Shown here: positions 9,343-20,302 of the stretch, piece after piece
How the letters are laid out: the number at the start of each line of letters is the position of its first letter
Numbering within the stretch: the stretch's first letter is position 1
Source of the DNA: an uncultured Pseudomonadota bacterium
Lineage (GTDB): Bacteria; Oederibacteriota; Muellerivitia; Muellerivitales; Muellerivitaceae
Assembly (NCBI GenBank): GCA_963770835.1
Contig: CAVYRH010000026.1
Coordinates: forward strand, 576,001 to 640,000
Direction of reading: 5' to 3'
DNA: 64,000 bases
Notes under the pieces: model-generated
What the model was told of the DNA's origin: nothing
Seen by the model: only the letters and a program-made list of their open reading frames with translations
The model's database searches: none
Program-made: the position numbers and the translations under genes

Positions 9343-10658
9343 TAGAACCCCCAGCCCCAGGCCGTCGCCACTTCGGTGTTATTCACCCCGCTGTCATCAA
9401 TCAAATGAAGCTCCAATTTAAGGGAGGAAGACACGGGGACGAAATCGTACCGGATTCCCGCCATGTAAACCGTTTGGTTGGACTGGGCCATCGCCTCGAA
9501 AAAGGGATCGGAACCGTCGACGGTCAGGTTTTCAACGCGGACATAGGGTTTGAGGTCGGCGGTCGCCTGGTAGGCGAGCTGGACATAAAAGGCGGTGTTT
9601 TTGGCGCTACCGTTTTCGCTTCCCCAGCCGATGGCGTCGTCGAAGTTGTAGAACTCGCTGAGCAACTCGAAGTTGTCGTCGGTGTAGATGACCTCGCACT
9701 CGAGCAGGAGTTGGGCCAGGTCGGTGAAGAGCAGGGCCTGGTTGTTGGGGATTCCCCCGGGGACGGTGCCATAGTGGCTCAATACGGAAGCCACGCCCAG
9801 GGCCAAGCCCCCGTCCGACTGGGGCTTGAACACCAGCCGCGCCGCCAGGCGCTTGGCGTTGAAGGTATCCCCGCCCGAGGGGTTGAAATTGATCGTTGAA
9901 TCGGTCGGGTTGCCGTTGGAGTCAACATTGTAACCGACGGTCCCGTTGTTGCCCGCGTTGAGCTCGTATTTCAGCGAGGAATCGCCCAGCCCGAAGGTGC
10001 CATAGCCGAAGACGCCCACGATATGGTTGGGCACTACGCCGGCCTTCTTATAGGCCTGGTCGCTGCCGCCGCCGTCCTCGAAGGCCAGGAAAAAGGGACG
10101 GTCGATGGTGGTTTGGAATTGAGAGCCGTGGTGGAAGGTGCGGTTCCAGTAGCCGAAGGCCGTATGGTCGCGCCCCGCGGCCAGGCGGAACTCGTCGCTG
10201 AAGGTGTAGTAAATCATGGTCCGTTCCAGGTCGATGGAGGGATTCTGGCCGTCGAACTCCACGACGTTCTCGACCATGGCGCCCAGGTGGGGGCCGTATT
10301 CGGCCATGATCATCAGGTCAGTCTGGCCGAGATAAAAGCCGTTCTGCTGGGGAAAGAAGCCGGAAGGCCCGAAGACCCGGTACTCGTCGTCCCCATAAAG
10401 GGTGAAATGAAGGCGCAGCTGGTCCTCGTGGATCTGGTTGAACTTCTGATCGGTGGATTGCTGGTAGAGGGATAGCTGGTCTTCCAGGTCCTTCACCCTT
10501 TGGGCCAGGGACTTTGCGCTGTTGTCCGGGGTCGGGGCTGGGGTAGAGGTGGCCTGTGTCGAATTGTCCTCATCCGCCTTGGCGGGGACTCCCGAAAGAA
10601 GAAATAAACAAACTAGGGCCCCTAAACCGGCAGTTTTATATGATATTTTTCCGTCCAT
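9342..10658 (-). CDS. outer-membrane beta-barrel/porin with N-terminal coiled coil
   Basis: Signal peptide, coiled coil, AGRDHTAFGYWN motif, terminal WGF. Confidence 0.75.
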   Translation of the reverse strand: MDGKISYKTAGLGALVCLFLLSGVPAKADEDNSTQATSTPAPTPDNSAKSLAQRVKDLEDQLSLYQQSTDQKFNQIHEDQLRLHFTLYGDDEYRVFGPSGFFPQQNGFYLGQTDLMIMAEYGPHLGAMVENVVEFDGQNPSIDLERTMIYYTFSDEFRLAAGRDHTAFGYWNRTFHHGSQFQTTIDRPFFLAFEDGGGSDQAYKKAGVVPNHIVGVFGYGTFGLGDSSLKYELNAGNNGTVGYNVDSNGNPTDSTINFNPSGGDTFNAKRLAARLVFKPQSDGGLALGVASVLSHYGTVPGGIPNNQALLFTDLAQLLLECEVIYTDDNFELLSEFYNFDDAIGWGSENGSAKNTAFYVQLAYQATADLKPYVRVENLTVDGSDPFFEAMAQSNQTVYMAGIRYDFVPVSSSLKLELHLIDDSGVNNTEVATAWGWGF

Positions 10659-10965
10659 TTACTTGGCCCCTTTCGGTGTTACAAGGTTGAAATACATAAA
10701 AATATCCCGACAGGTTTAAAACTTATGCGGGGATTATACCTTGGGAATCACCAAACGAGGGGGTGGATGATGAGCCGGGCAGGTGGGGGCCCGCAGGGTT
10801 CCACCCGAAGCACCCGAATCAGCCTAAATTGATGGGCAAAATTCCGTGTTTTATCCCCGCAAAGGGCCTGGCTATTTGTTGGGTGGCGCATGGGGAATTC
10901 AGGTTAAAATACCCCGCGTTCCGATCCATCCTGTCTTCGTTTCTTATAAAAGAAAGGCGCCGACC

Positions 10966-12642
10966 GTGTTCCGAAGCAAGCTGGGCCTCCGCGTGGTGAT
11001 GGCCGTCATTTTTTCCTTCCTGCTGGTGGAAACGGCGATCGGTACTTTCATCCTGTCGCGGCAAAGGCAGGCGGTCCTGGATAAGCGGCTGGATTCACTG
11101 CGTTTTTCCATGGGTCTGTTGGAGATGGAGTTCTCCAATTCCGTCCGCCACCACCGGACGCAAGAGCTCACCAAGGTCCTTTCCGACCTCACCAGCAGCT
11201 ATAGCGCTTCCTTCTATACCCTCTTCAACCTCCAAGGCAAATCCATCCTCCAGGCACAGCTCTTGGACGGATTCCCCGGCCACACGGGCGACCTGAAGAT
11301 ACAGCTGCCCCTGGTCGACGGGGATAAGGTGCCCCCGGTGCAGGTGATTCAGGGACCCAAGGGCGGAGTGCTTCGCTACATCCTCCCTTTCCACAACGAG
11401 GACGGCGACTTGATGGGCGGCTTGGAAATGGAAACCCCCGTTTCGGCCGTGGAGCCGGCGGTCCAAAAAGCCATACGGCAGAACCTGGAAATCATCTTGG
11501 GGACTTCGCTGGCGGTGGTCGTGCTGGTGGCGCTCATCATCCTTCCGGTCTTCTCCCATTACGTGGTCAAGCCCATCAACACCGTGAAGGGGGAACTGGA
11601 GGCACTCTCCAAGGGCGAGGCCGACCTGACTTTCCAGATCCAGGTCAGGACCACCGACGAGATCGGGGAAATGGGCCAATGGTTCAATTCCTTCATCGGC
11701 CGCATCCGGGCCATGGTGTTAAGGGTGCTGGAGCATTCGGGCCAGCTGACCCAGCAAGTGGAGACCCTCAGCCATTCGACGGCCGAGGTCTCGGCCATGA
11801 GCGGCGACGTCACCACCACCGTCCAGCAGATCGCCAAGGGCGCGGAGGAGCAGGCCGTCAAGATCGCCGAGGTGAACCAGCTCATGCAGGAAGTGCAGGA
11901 CAGCATGAAAGAAGTGGAGCGCAAGGCCCATGAGACCTCGGGCGCGGTGGACAAGGCCACCCAGACGGCCCGCGTGGGCGGCAAGCTGGCGCGCGGCACC
12001 ATCGACAAGATGGTCGAGCTCAGCGAGACGATCCTCAAGAATTCCGACATGGTGGGGAAGCTCGGCTTCAAGAGCCAGGAGGTGGGCCGGGTGGTGGAAC
12101 TCATCTCGGGCATCGCCGAGCAGACCAACCTGCTGTCGCTGAACGCCGCCATCGAGGCGGCCCGGGCCGGCGAGCAGGGGCGGGGCTTCGCGGTGGTGGC
12201 GGAGGAAATCCGTGCCCTGGCCGACGGCGCCAGCCGGGCAGTGCAGGAAATCACCTCCCTGGTCTCCGAAATGCAGGACGAGACCAGCGGGGTGGTGAAA
12301 TCCATGGAAAAAAGCGCCGACGAGGCCCAGGTGGGGAAGGAATCCATCCGCGGCATGGAGTCGGCCCTGGACGAGATCGTGGCGGTCATCGAAACCGTGG
12401 TGGTCCATACCAAGAGCATCTCCGAGAGCATCAATTCCCAGTCGCTTCGCTTCACCCGGATCCTCCACAGCATCCAGGACATCAACGCCGTGTCCGAGCA
12501 ATCGGCGGCCTCCACCCAGGAGGTATCGGCCTCCACCGAGGAGCAATCGGCCAGCATGGAACAGGTGTCCGCCACCTGCCGCGAACTGGCTGCAATGGCG
12601 GTGGAATTGCGGTCCATGGTGGAAAAGTTCAAGATCAAGTAA
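10966..12642 (+). CDS. methyl-accepting chemotaxis protein
   Basis: TM-sensor-[45 protein letters not shown] start inferred. Confidence 0.92.
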   Translation: MFRSKLGLRVVMAVIFSFLLVETAIGTFILSRQRQAVLDKRLDSLRFSMGLLEMEFSNSVRHHRTQELTKVLSDLTSSYSASFYTLFNLQGKSILQAQLLDGFPGHTGDLKIQLPLVDGDKVPPVQVIQGPKGGVLRYILPFHNEDGDLMGGLEMETPVSAVEPAVQKAIRQNLEIILGTSLAVVVLVALIILPVFSHYVVKPINTVKGELEALSKGEADLTFQIQVRTTDEIGEMGQWFNSFIGRIRAMVLRVLEHSGQLTQQVETLSHSTAEVSAMSGDVTTTVQQIAKGAEEQAVKIAEVNQLMQEVQDSMKEVERKAHETSGAVDKATQTARVGGKLARGTIDKMVELSETILKNSDMVGKLGFKSQEVGRVVELISGIAEQTNLLSLNAAIEAARAGEQGRGFAVVAEEIRALADGASRAVQEITSLVSEMQDETSGVVKSMEKSADEAQVGKESIRGMESALDEIVAVIETVVVHTKSISESINSQSLRFTRILHSIQDINAVSEQSAASTQEVSASTEEQSASMEQVSATCRELAAMAVELRSMVEKFKIK

Positions 12643-12785
12643 CGGCAGTCAACAGTCGACGGTTCACAGTTGGCAGGAAAATCCTTAAAACAATAAATAT
12701 CTGAGCTAGATATCGCTTTTGAACCTGGTTTTATTTATATTTTTCTAGCTGTCGACCGTCGACCGTCGACCGCCAACTGCCGACT
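12643..12785. repeat. intergenic inverted array of degenerate 7-mers (GTCGACC-type)
   Basis: GGCAGTCAACAGTCGACGGTTCACAGTTGGCAG versus CTGTCGACCGTCGACCGTCGACCGCCAACTGCC. Confidence 0.6.
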
Positions 12786-12809
12786 AAATTTCGCTTTCAG
12801 GAGTTGCCC

Positions 12810-14120
12810 ATGACCTCACCGCTCGCGCTGGACCTATCCTATATTTCCGATTTCGCCGCCGAACTGGACATCGCCGCGCTTTCGCCGCAGGTCCGGGAAG
12901 CCCTTCAGTCCCTGCTGGATAAAACGGGCCGGGGGTCCGATTTCCTGGGCTGGATCGACCTGCCCTTTACCGCGGCAAAACAGCTACCGGCCCTCAAGAA
13001 AGCCGCCAAGGCCTTCGAGAAATGCGAGTCCGTGGTGTCGGTGGGCATCGGCGGCTCCTACTTAGGAATTAAGGCCACCATTGAGGCCCTGGGCGGGTCG
13101 GACAAAATCCATTACGCGGGCAACCATCTTTCCCCCACTTCCTTTAATAAGCTCCTCCGGGATTTGAACCCCAAGAAGACCGGCGTTATCGTCATCTCCA
13201 AGTCCGGCACCACCACCGAGCCCGCCGTGGCTTTCCGCATCCTGAAGACCTGGCTGGAAAAGGCCGTGGGGAAAAAGAAAGCCAAGGCCCGCATCGTGGC
13301 GGTCACCGACGCCTCCAAGGGGGCTCTTAAGGGCATGTCCGACGCCGAGGGCTACCCGACCTTCGTCATCCCCGACGACGTGGGCGGCCGCTACTCCGTG
13401 CTGACCCCGGTGGGCCTGCTCCCGATCGCCGCCGCCGGCTTCGACATCGCGAAGCTCCTCAAGGGCGCGCAGGACGCGGCCCAGGAGATGAAGTCCCCCG
13501 ATATTTCAAAGAACCTCGCGGCCCGTTACGCCGCGGCGCGGTACCTGCTCTATGAGAAGGGCAAGGCCACCGAGGTGCTGGCCAATTTCCGGCCCGAACT
13601 GCATTACGTCAGCGAATGGTGGAAACAGCTCTATGGCGAGTCCGAGGGCAAGGAAGGCAAGGGCCTTTTCCCGGCCAGCGTGGACCTGACCACCGACCTC
13701 CACAGCATGGGCCAGTACCTGCAGGAGGGGCGGCGCAACCTGATGGAAACCATGTTGTGGGTGAGTGACGAGGAAAAAGACGTCGTGATCCCGAAGGACA
13801 AGGACGACCGCGAGGGGCTGAACTTCCTGGCGGGCAAGAAGCTTTCCTGGGTGAACGAACAGGCCTTCAAGGCTACGGCGGTGGCGCACAAGGACGGGGG
13901 ACTGCCCGTCATCCGCCTCACCTTGGACGAAATCTCCGAGTATTCCCTGGGCTACCTTTATTACTTCTTCGAGATGGCCTGCGGCATCTCCGGCACCCTT
14001 CTGGGCATCAACCCCTTCGACCAGCCCGGCGTGGAGGCCTACAAGAAGAACATGTTCGCGCTCCTGGGCAAGAAGGGCTTCGAGAAGCTGGCGGCGGAGC
14101 TCAAGGCCAAGGGCGTTTAA
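12810..14120 (+). CDS. pgi: glucose-6-phosphate isomerase
   Basis: GIGGSYLG, ISKSGTTTEP, VGGRYSV, QLYGESEGK, NPFDQPGVEAYK. Confidence 0.97.
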   Translation: MTSPLALDLSYISDFAAELDIAALSPQVREALQSLLDKTGRGSDFLGWIDLPFTAAKQLPALKKAAKAFEKCESVVSVGIGGSYLGIKATIEALGGSDKIHYAGNHLSPTSFNKLLRDLNPKKTGVIVISKSGTTTEPAVAFRILKTWLEKAVGKKKAKARIVAVTDASKGALKGMSDAEGYPTFVIPDDVGGRYSVLTPVGLLPIAAAGFDIAKLLKGAQDAAQEMKSPDISKNLAARYAAARYLLYEKGKATEVLANFRPELHYVSEWWKQLYGESEGKEGKGLFPASVDLTTDLHSMGQYLQEGRRNLMETMLWVSDEEKDVVIPKDKDDREGLNFLAGKKLSWVNEQAFKATAVAHKDGGLPVIRLTLDEISEYSLGYLYYFFEMACGISGTLLGINPFDQPGVEAYKKNMFALLGKKGFEKLAAELKAKGV

Positions 14121-14151
14121 AAGGCAGTCCTCAGCGTCCGAAAAGGCCCCA

Positions 14152-14817
14152 ATGACCCGGCGACTCTTGATGCTCCATAAACCCAAGGGTTATGTGGTCA
14201 CCCGGCCCAAAGCCTCCCCCGCTGGAAAAGAACCGGGTGAAAGAACCGTCTATTCGCTCCTCCCCCCCGAATTCCACGGCCAAGGTTGGGTGCCGGTCGG
14301 GCGCCTCGACAAGGATTCCACCGGCCTGCTCCTGTTCGTCCAGGAAGACCCCCTGGTCTACCGCCTCCAAACGCCGGGCCACATCGATAAAACCTACGAA
14401 GTTTGGGTGAAGGGCCGTTTACGGCGGGAGCACCTGGAGAAAGTCCTGAAAGGGGTCGAAACCCCGATAGGTCTCCTCAAAGCAAAGTCGGTTGAGGTCT
14501 TGGGGGCCGTGGGCCCGAACACGCTCCTCAAAGTCATCCTGGACGAGGGAAAAAACCGCCACATTCGCCGTATGTTTGGCGCTCTTAAGGATGTTAAACT
14601 TAAAAAATTCTTCAAGGCCCTGGACCTCACGAGGGTCGCCATCGGGCCGGTCCATCTGGATATAGAGCCCGGCCAATGGCGGTTCCTGACGGATGCCGAA
14701 ACGTCCTCACTCTTGGTTTCGGCTCAGGGGAAGGCGCGGGTCAAAACCGGCCAAGGCATAGGGGTTCCGCGGTCGCCCGGCTCCAAGCCCCAGGTTGTCC
14801 CCGATGGGAGGAAGTAA
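14152..14817 (+). CDS. rRNA pseudouridine synthase (RsuA/RluB/E/F family)
   Basis: HKPKG, VGRLDKDSTGLLL, EGKNRHIRRM. Confidence 0.9.
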   Translation: MTRRLLMLHKPKGYVVTRPKASPAGKEPGERTVYSLLPPEFHGQGWVPVGRLDKDSTGLLLFVQEDPLVYRLQTPGHIDKTYEVWVKGRLRREHLEKVLKGVETPIGLLKAKSVEVLGAVGPNTLLKVILDEGKNRHIRRMFGALKDVKLKKFFKALDLTRVAIGPVHLDIEPGQWRFLTDAETSSLLVSAQGKARVKTGQGIGVPRSPGSKPQVVPDGRK

Positions 14818-15643
14818 GTTGATAAATCTATCGGGGAAATGGGCCTACGCTTGGGCGGTTTTCTTCACTGTTATCATTCTCGCCGTTCAAAGTCTGGGCC
14901 AATTACTGTTTCAATGGATCGGTGGTCAATTAGGATTGGAAGGGGGCGTGGTGATGGCTCTTTTGGCCGCCCCCCCTTTTTTATGCGTACTTATAACCGC
15001 CTTTTTCGTCATGAAGTTAAATTCGATTTCTTGGGTGGGAAGCTTTTGGTATTTGGGGTTTAAAAAACTGAATCCCCGGCAATTGGCGGTGGGACTTTTA
15101 TCGCTTGTTCCGGTCGCGGTGGGTGACGGTCTCTCCTACTTGTATTGCTTTCAACATGGCATTTCGGTGGAACCTTTTAAACATTGGTTTTCCTTGTGGC
15201 TGGTGATCCTGGTTACCGCCGGTTTTTTCGAGGAAGTTTTCTTCCGTGGATTCATTTTCCAAACACTCCGCCAAAAAGGCGGCCTTCTCAAGACCGCGGT
15301 TTTTTCCAGCGCCTTGTGGGGTGTCTCCCACGGGGTCAATTTTTTGGGTGGGTTTGACCAAGAAATCTTCCTCACCACGATCGCAACCGCCGGGGTGAGT
15401 TTTTTTCTAGGCCTGGCTGCGGCTTATGTATTCGAACGGGGCGGAAACGTTATTTGGGGCTGGTCCTTGGCCCATGTTTTATTTGATTCCATGGGGAAGG
15501 CAAATGTGGACCATAAGGGTTTATTTTCCCTGCCAACGGGTTTACCCCTTTTGTATCAGGTGGCAGGCATTGCTTTGTGCGTGATGATCACCTTCCCACT
15601 GGGGCGCTGGCTTTTGCCAGTGAGTAAGAAAAAAGAGATTTGA
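14795..15643 (+). CDS. CPBP-family (CAAX/Abi) intramembrane protease
   Basis: EEVFFRG, WGVSH and H...D motifs in a multi-TM protein. Confidence 0.85.
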   Translation: MSPMGGSKLINLSGKWAYAWAVFFTVIILAVQSLGQLLFQWIGGQLGLEGGVVMALLAAPPFLCVLITAFFVMKLNSISWVGSFWYLGFKKLNPRQLAVGLLSLVPVAVGDGLSYLYCFQHGISVEPFKHWFSLWLVILVTAGFFEEVFFRGFIFQTLRQKGGLLKTAVFSSALWGVSHGVNFLGGFDQEIFLTTIATAGVSFFLGLAAAYVFERGGNVIWGWSLAHVLFDSMGKANVDHKGLFSLPTGLPLLYQVAGIALCVMITFPLGRWLLPVSKKKEI

Positions 15644-15731
15644 AGAATTAGATAGTTGTTTTGCTCCGGCTGGACTTAGGCTGGGCGGGGAATCTTGAAA
15701 GCCGGGACGAAGCTCCACTTAATCCAGATCA

Positions 15732-16475
15732 ATGGCGAGGTTTGAAATGAACCCTTTTTTCTATTCCTTTTCGATTTCACTGTTCGACAGCCTGTCGACC
15801 ACCCTGCAAATCATTGTTTTCATCCTCCTGTTGACGACGGCCAAGCCGCTGAAAAACTCGCTTTACTACCTGGCGGGCCTCAGCGGGGCCTATTACGCCT
15901 GCGGCGTGGCGGGTTACCTCGCCCTGGACCAGCTGCAGGGCTTGTTGGCCGCGCTGACCGCAAGCCAGAACGCCTTGCCCGGCACGGTTTATTACTCGGC
16001 CGAATTCCTGACGGGGGTGGTGATGGCGGGGCTGGGCGTCTGGTACTTTTTCTGGAAAAAAAAGAGGGGCTGGTCCAAAAAGGAAAATTGGATCATCTCA
16101 AAACTGAAGACCATGAACAGCCTCTTCGCCCTCGGCCTGGGCCTCTTCATTTCCCTGACCTCTTTTCCCCTTTCCTTCCCCTATTTCATCGCCCTGGGCA
16201 AATACTCGGCCCTCCACCTGGAGCTTCCCGCGGTGGCCGGGTTCATCCTGCTCTATAACATCGGCTATGCCTTGCCGATGGTCCTGATCCTGGGGGCCTA
16301 TCTCCTCGCCCGGCGGGGCATCGGGGACGACCACGACGCGCTCCATGAAAAAGCGAAAATGCTGAACCTGCATCTCACCGCCTGGACCATGGTAGGCCTG
16401 GGGCTTTTTATCATGGCGGACGCGGGATGCTATTTTGCCCTGGGGCAAGCGCTGTTGAAGGAAAGATTTCTTTAA
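15732..16475 (+). CDS. GAP/Sap-like membrane protein
   Basis: Six TM segments; FDSLS, PYF and YN...P patterns. Confidence 0.6.
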   Translation: MARFEMNPFFYSFSISLFDSLSTTLQIIVFILLLTTAKPLKNSLYYLAGLSGAYYACGVAGYLALDQLQGLLAALTASQNALPGTVYYSAEFLTGVVMAGLGVWYFFWKKKRGWSKKENWIISKLKTMNSLFALGLGLFISLTSFPLSFPYFIALGKYSALHLELPAVAGFILLYNIGYALPMVLILGAYLLARRGIGDDHDALHEKAKMLNLHLTAWTMVGLGLFIMADAGCYFALGQALLKERFL

Positions 16476-16539
16476 TCCGGCAATGAAGGATTACCCCCAA
16501 GGGCCCTCCCTTGGACAAGCAAAAGGGAAAGGACGCGGC

Positions 16540-17451
16540 ATGAAAAAATACCTGCCCAGGGTTTTAGGGGCGCTTGTCCTCTCCATTGGCTTTTCACTTT
16601 GCAACCCTTCCTTTCTCCTGGCCCAGGATTCGGACGATTCGGGGGAAACCCAAAACGTAAGGGACTTTTTTGAAACGGTGAAGTTTAAGTTGCAGAGGAT
16701 TTGGTACCAAAGGGCCGCCGAGCGGGGGGACCCGGGTGCCGAGTGCTGGATGGGTGCCCTTTACACGGATGGGGACTGGGTTCCCCAAGATTACCCGGAA
16801 GCGATGAAGTGGTTCCAGAAGGCCGCCGAACAAGGGAACGTTACCGCGGAAAGCAATGTCGGCTACCTCTATAACAACGGGTACGGCGTTCCAGTGGATT
16901 ACCCCGAAGCGATGAAGTGGTACCTCAAGGCCGCCGGGCAAGGGGACGCCTATTCGGAATGTGGTATCGGCATCTTCTATGACCAGGGCACCGGCGTCCC
17001 ACGGGATTACGGGAAAGCCATGGAGTGGTACCAAAAGGCCGCGTCGCAGGATTCGGCCGAAGCCGAATATAACCTCGGATGCCTCTACCGGTTTGGGCAC
17101 GGGGTCAAACAGGATTATAAGGAAGCCATGAAATGGTATTTAAAAGCCGCCGACCAAAATGTCGGCGAGGCCGAGTGCGATATCGGCGATTTGTATGAAA
17201 ACGGCCTTGGAACAACCACGGATTACAAGCAAGCCATGGACTGTTATTTAAAGGCCATTGACGACGGGTGCCTTTTGGCCAAAATCGGGGTGGGGGACCT
17301 TTACGCGAAAGGGCATGGGGTGGATAAGAGTATCGCGGTGGCCATGGGGTGGTATCAGGAGGCCGCGCAAGAGGATCTCGACCCCTCGCCGGAAGGGGAC
17401 GACGTGGCCCAGAAAAGAATCGACGGGCTCCTCAAACACACGGCCAAGTGA
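16540..17451 (+). CDS. secreted Sel1-repeat protein
   Basis: Signal peptide; repeated G.GV..DY.EAMKWY.KAA.QG units. Confidence 0.92.
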   Translation: MKKYLPRVLGALVLSIGFSLCNPSFLLAQDSDDSGETQNVRDFFETVKFKLQRIWYQRAAERGDPGAECWMGALYTDGDWVPQDYPEAMKWFQKAAEQGNVTAESNVGYLYNNGYGVPVDYPEAMKWYLKAAGQGDAYSECGIGIFYDQGTGVPRDYGKAMEWYQKAASQDSAEAEYNLGCLYRFGHGVKQDYKEAMKWYLKAADQNVGEAECDIGDLYENGLGTTTDYKQAMDCYLKAIDDGCLLAKIGVGDLYAKGHGVDKSIAVAMGWYQEAAQEDLDPSPEGDDVAQKRIDGLLKHTAK

Positions 17452-17487
17452 CTGGGGTTAAATTTTAAAGCAATCATCGTTCGGTTT

Positions 17488-17513
17488 GTCCACGACGGGG
17501 ACCCGTCGTGGAC
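17488..17513. repeat. perfect REP-like palindrome
   Basis: GTCCACGACGGG-GA-CCCGTCGTGGAC; related copy at 21124..21149. Confidence 0.8.
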
Positions 17514-18361
17514 GATATTTAGGTTGAAAAAGAAGTTGTAACCTCTGAAAAACTCCCTGTTTTGGTTTGAAACTCTTCTCACCAGGGTTTTCAACCCCGC
17601 TTGGAGATGTTTTTGTTTCTCCAAAGGTGTTGCACTTACTCCTAGAACTCCTTTTTCGACCCTTCTTGCGTCATCTGCCTCTGAAAAAACTCCCCTTAGC
17701 TCAGGCCGCCGCCAACTTTACGGCTCTTTTCCCATTAAATGCGATGCCACAGATCAACACCCAAATCTTGTTTCGGGCCATCCCGTAGTACCTCATTCGT
17801 CCCATCGAACACCACCGCTTCAAGGTACTCATTGTCGCCTCGATCCCGCACCTCACACGGCCCCAAACCTTGTTTTGCTTTAATTGCCTCTGGGTCAGCT
17901 TCTGTCCCCGCCAAACACGATGTAACACTCGATTCCGAATCCCTCGTTCCTCCAAATATTCATCGTGTTGCGCCGACCGGTAAGCCTTGTCAGCAAATGC
18001 CTGTTCTACCCCGCGAGGAACCATGTCTTTGAAATGTTCGTGATCGTGTTCCTCAATATGACTTAGATCCATCTTTCGAATCAGGCCGCTTTTCTCGTCC
18101 TGACCCACATGAACCTTCATCCCATCCACGGCTTTTCCTTGCCGGGAGGTGTAATGAACATCTTCATCCACCGGCTTTCCCTCTTGATCCTTGGATTCCG
18201 GTTTACAGGCTCCTTCCACCAGGGTGGAGTCCACAATGGCCCCTTTCTTGACCAAAAGTCCTTTGCGATCTAAACCCTGTTGCACGGCCCCCCAAACCCG
18301 GTCTATCAAACCGGCTTCCCGGAGTCTTTCCCGAAACTTCACCAAAGTGGTGTCGTCGACG

Positions 18362-20302
18362 GTGCGTCCAGAAAAGGCAGGTGTGTTCAGCAAGAGATAG
18401 TCTTGCATGGGTAATAGCCAAAGCCCATTAGCTAGGATGGCAGGCAAGCGGGAAACCAAATGCCTGAAGCCCATCAACAAAGCCATCGAAAGGATGGTGA
18501 GCGAGTCGTCGGGCCGTAACGAAAGTAAATGCACAGGTGGCCCCGAAAACACTTGCCTCGGAGGCTGAGTCCGCCGTCGTGGGACGAAAGCATCATGGGA
18601 CAGCGCGGAGAAATGGCTGAAGCGCTGGAACACTCCGACGGGGTGATAGCAACGGCACGAAGACAAGGACACGCCAAGCAACTGGAGAAACCCTCCTTGC
18701 CCCAGGCAGAAATGCTTGGAGAAAGGTAGGCCGTATAACCGTGACGCGGGAAAACGGTCGAAGGTGAGAGGGTTTAGGATGGGTTCATGGTAGCGATGAA
18801 GCGGGGTAATGCCCGTGGAGCGAAGGAACCCTGCTGTTGTTAAGTCCCTCGACAAAACGGAAGGCAGTGACGGTATGAAAAAGACGTCAATTAACCTGCA
18901 AGACCTGAGACGAGAGATATACGTCAAAGCGAAGGCTGAAAAGAACTGGAGTTTCTGGGGACTGTACACCCATGTTTGCAAGATGGAAACGCTTCAACAG
19001 GCTTACCGAATGGCTAAGGTAAATAACGGAGCCCCTGGAATAGATGGGGTGACGTTTGATGCCATTGAGGAGGCCGGAGTGGAGTCGTTTCTGGAAAGCA
19101 TCCGGGGTGAATTAGTTCAAGGCACGTATAAGCCCGTTCGAAACCGGAAGAAGGAAATACCCAAGGGAAATGGGAAGGTAAGAGTCCTTGGGATACCCAA
19201 CATTCGGGATAGAGTAGTCCAGGGAGCACTGAAGTTTATTCTGGAACCGATTTTTGAGGCCGATTTTCAAGAAGGGTCCTATGGGTATCGACCCAAGCGG
19301 ACCGCTCATGCGGCTGTGAACAGGGTAGCATCGGCAATCGTCTGTAGAAAAACCCGAGTCATTGATGTAGACCTCAAGGCATATTTCGACACGGTAAGGC
19401 ACGACCTTCTGATGAAGAAAGTTGCCCGAAGGGTTGAGGATGAAACGGTGTTGAGATTGTTGAGGATGATCCTGAAGGCCAGCGGCAAAAGAGGAGTCCC
19501 GCAGGGAGGGGTTATTTCCCCTCTTCTGGCTAATCTCTACCTCAACGAGGTGGATAAGATGCTGGAAAAGGCAAAAGAAGTGACTCGGCAAGGGAAGAAC
19601 AACTATATCGAATATGCGAGGTTCGCTGACGATATGGTGATCCTTGTTAATGGATATCCGCAATGGGAATGGTTGGCAAAGGCTGCCTACCGAAGGTTAC
19701 TTGAAGAATTGACCAAGCTCGACTTGCAAATCAACACGGACAAGACGCGGATAGCAGACTTAACGAAAGGTGAAAGTTTCGGGTTTCTGGGGTTTGACTT
19801 TCGACAGGTGAAAACCCGTCGAGGGAAATGGGGGGTGAAGTTCACGCCGAAAATGAAGGCGCGAGCAACACTTCTGGGTAAGCTCAAGGAAACATTTGGA
19901 AGCTTCCAATCTCAGCCGGTGCAGAGGGTGATTGAGATTATCAATCCCAAACTGCGTGGGTGGGTGAATTACTTTCGGATAGGGAATTCTAGGCGCTGTT
20001 TTAACTACGTGGAAAGATGGGTCGAGAATAAAATCAGACGGCATATGATGCGTGCGAAGAAGCTCGACGGTTTTGGGCGGGATAGGTGGAGTAGGGAGTG
20101 GATATATAAGTATCTGGGGTTGTACAGAAGCTACCAAATACGATATTACCAAGAACCGAAAGCGCTACCCGTCTGATAGGTCACATAAACTTTGACAGGA
20201 AAGCAACAGGTGAGCGTAGTGCGGGAAATCCGCACGCTACGTTCGAGGAGGCGGGGACTGGAAACGGAGCCAGAAGGCCACCGCACCAGTCCTCGACCCT
20301 AC
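18362..20302 (+). mobile_element. group II intron 1
   Basis: 5' GTGCG; domain V GAGCGTAGTGCGGGAAATCCGCACGCTACGTTC at 20212-20244; 3' end CGACCCTAC; boundaries confirmed by the restored host frame. Confidence 0.93.
18875..20176 (+). CDS. ltrA: group II intron reverse transcriptase/maturase (no endonuclease domain)
   Basis: APGIDG, RDRVVQ, PQGGVISPLLAN, YARFADD, LRGWVNYF. Confidence 0.93.
   Translation: MKKTSINLQDLRREIYVKAKAEKNWSFWGLYTHVCKMETLQQAYRMAKVNNGAPGIDGVTFDAIEEAGVESFLESIRGELVQGTYKPVRNRKKEIPKGNGKVRVLGIPNIRDRVVQGALKFILEPIFEADFQEGSYGYRPKRTAHAAVNRVASAIVCRKTRVIDVDLKAYFDTVRHDLLMKKVARRVEDETVLRLLRMILKASGKRGVPQGGVISPLLANLYLNEVDKMLEKAKEVTRQGKNNYIEYARFADDMVILVNGYPQWEWLAKAAYRRLLEELTKLDLQINTDKTRIADLTKGESFGFLGFDFRQVKTRRGKWGVKFTPKMKARATLLGKLKETFGSFQSQPVQRVIEIINPKLRGWVNYFRIGNSRRCFNYVERWVENKIRRHMMRAKKLDGFGRDRWSREWIYKYLGLYRSYQIRYYQEPKALPV

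Noticed and set aside
17701..18981. 426-aa ORF as a full transposase
   Set aside because: Its first half is antisense intron sequence; the true N-terminus is at 20303..20580
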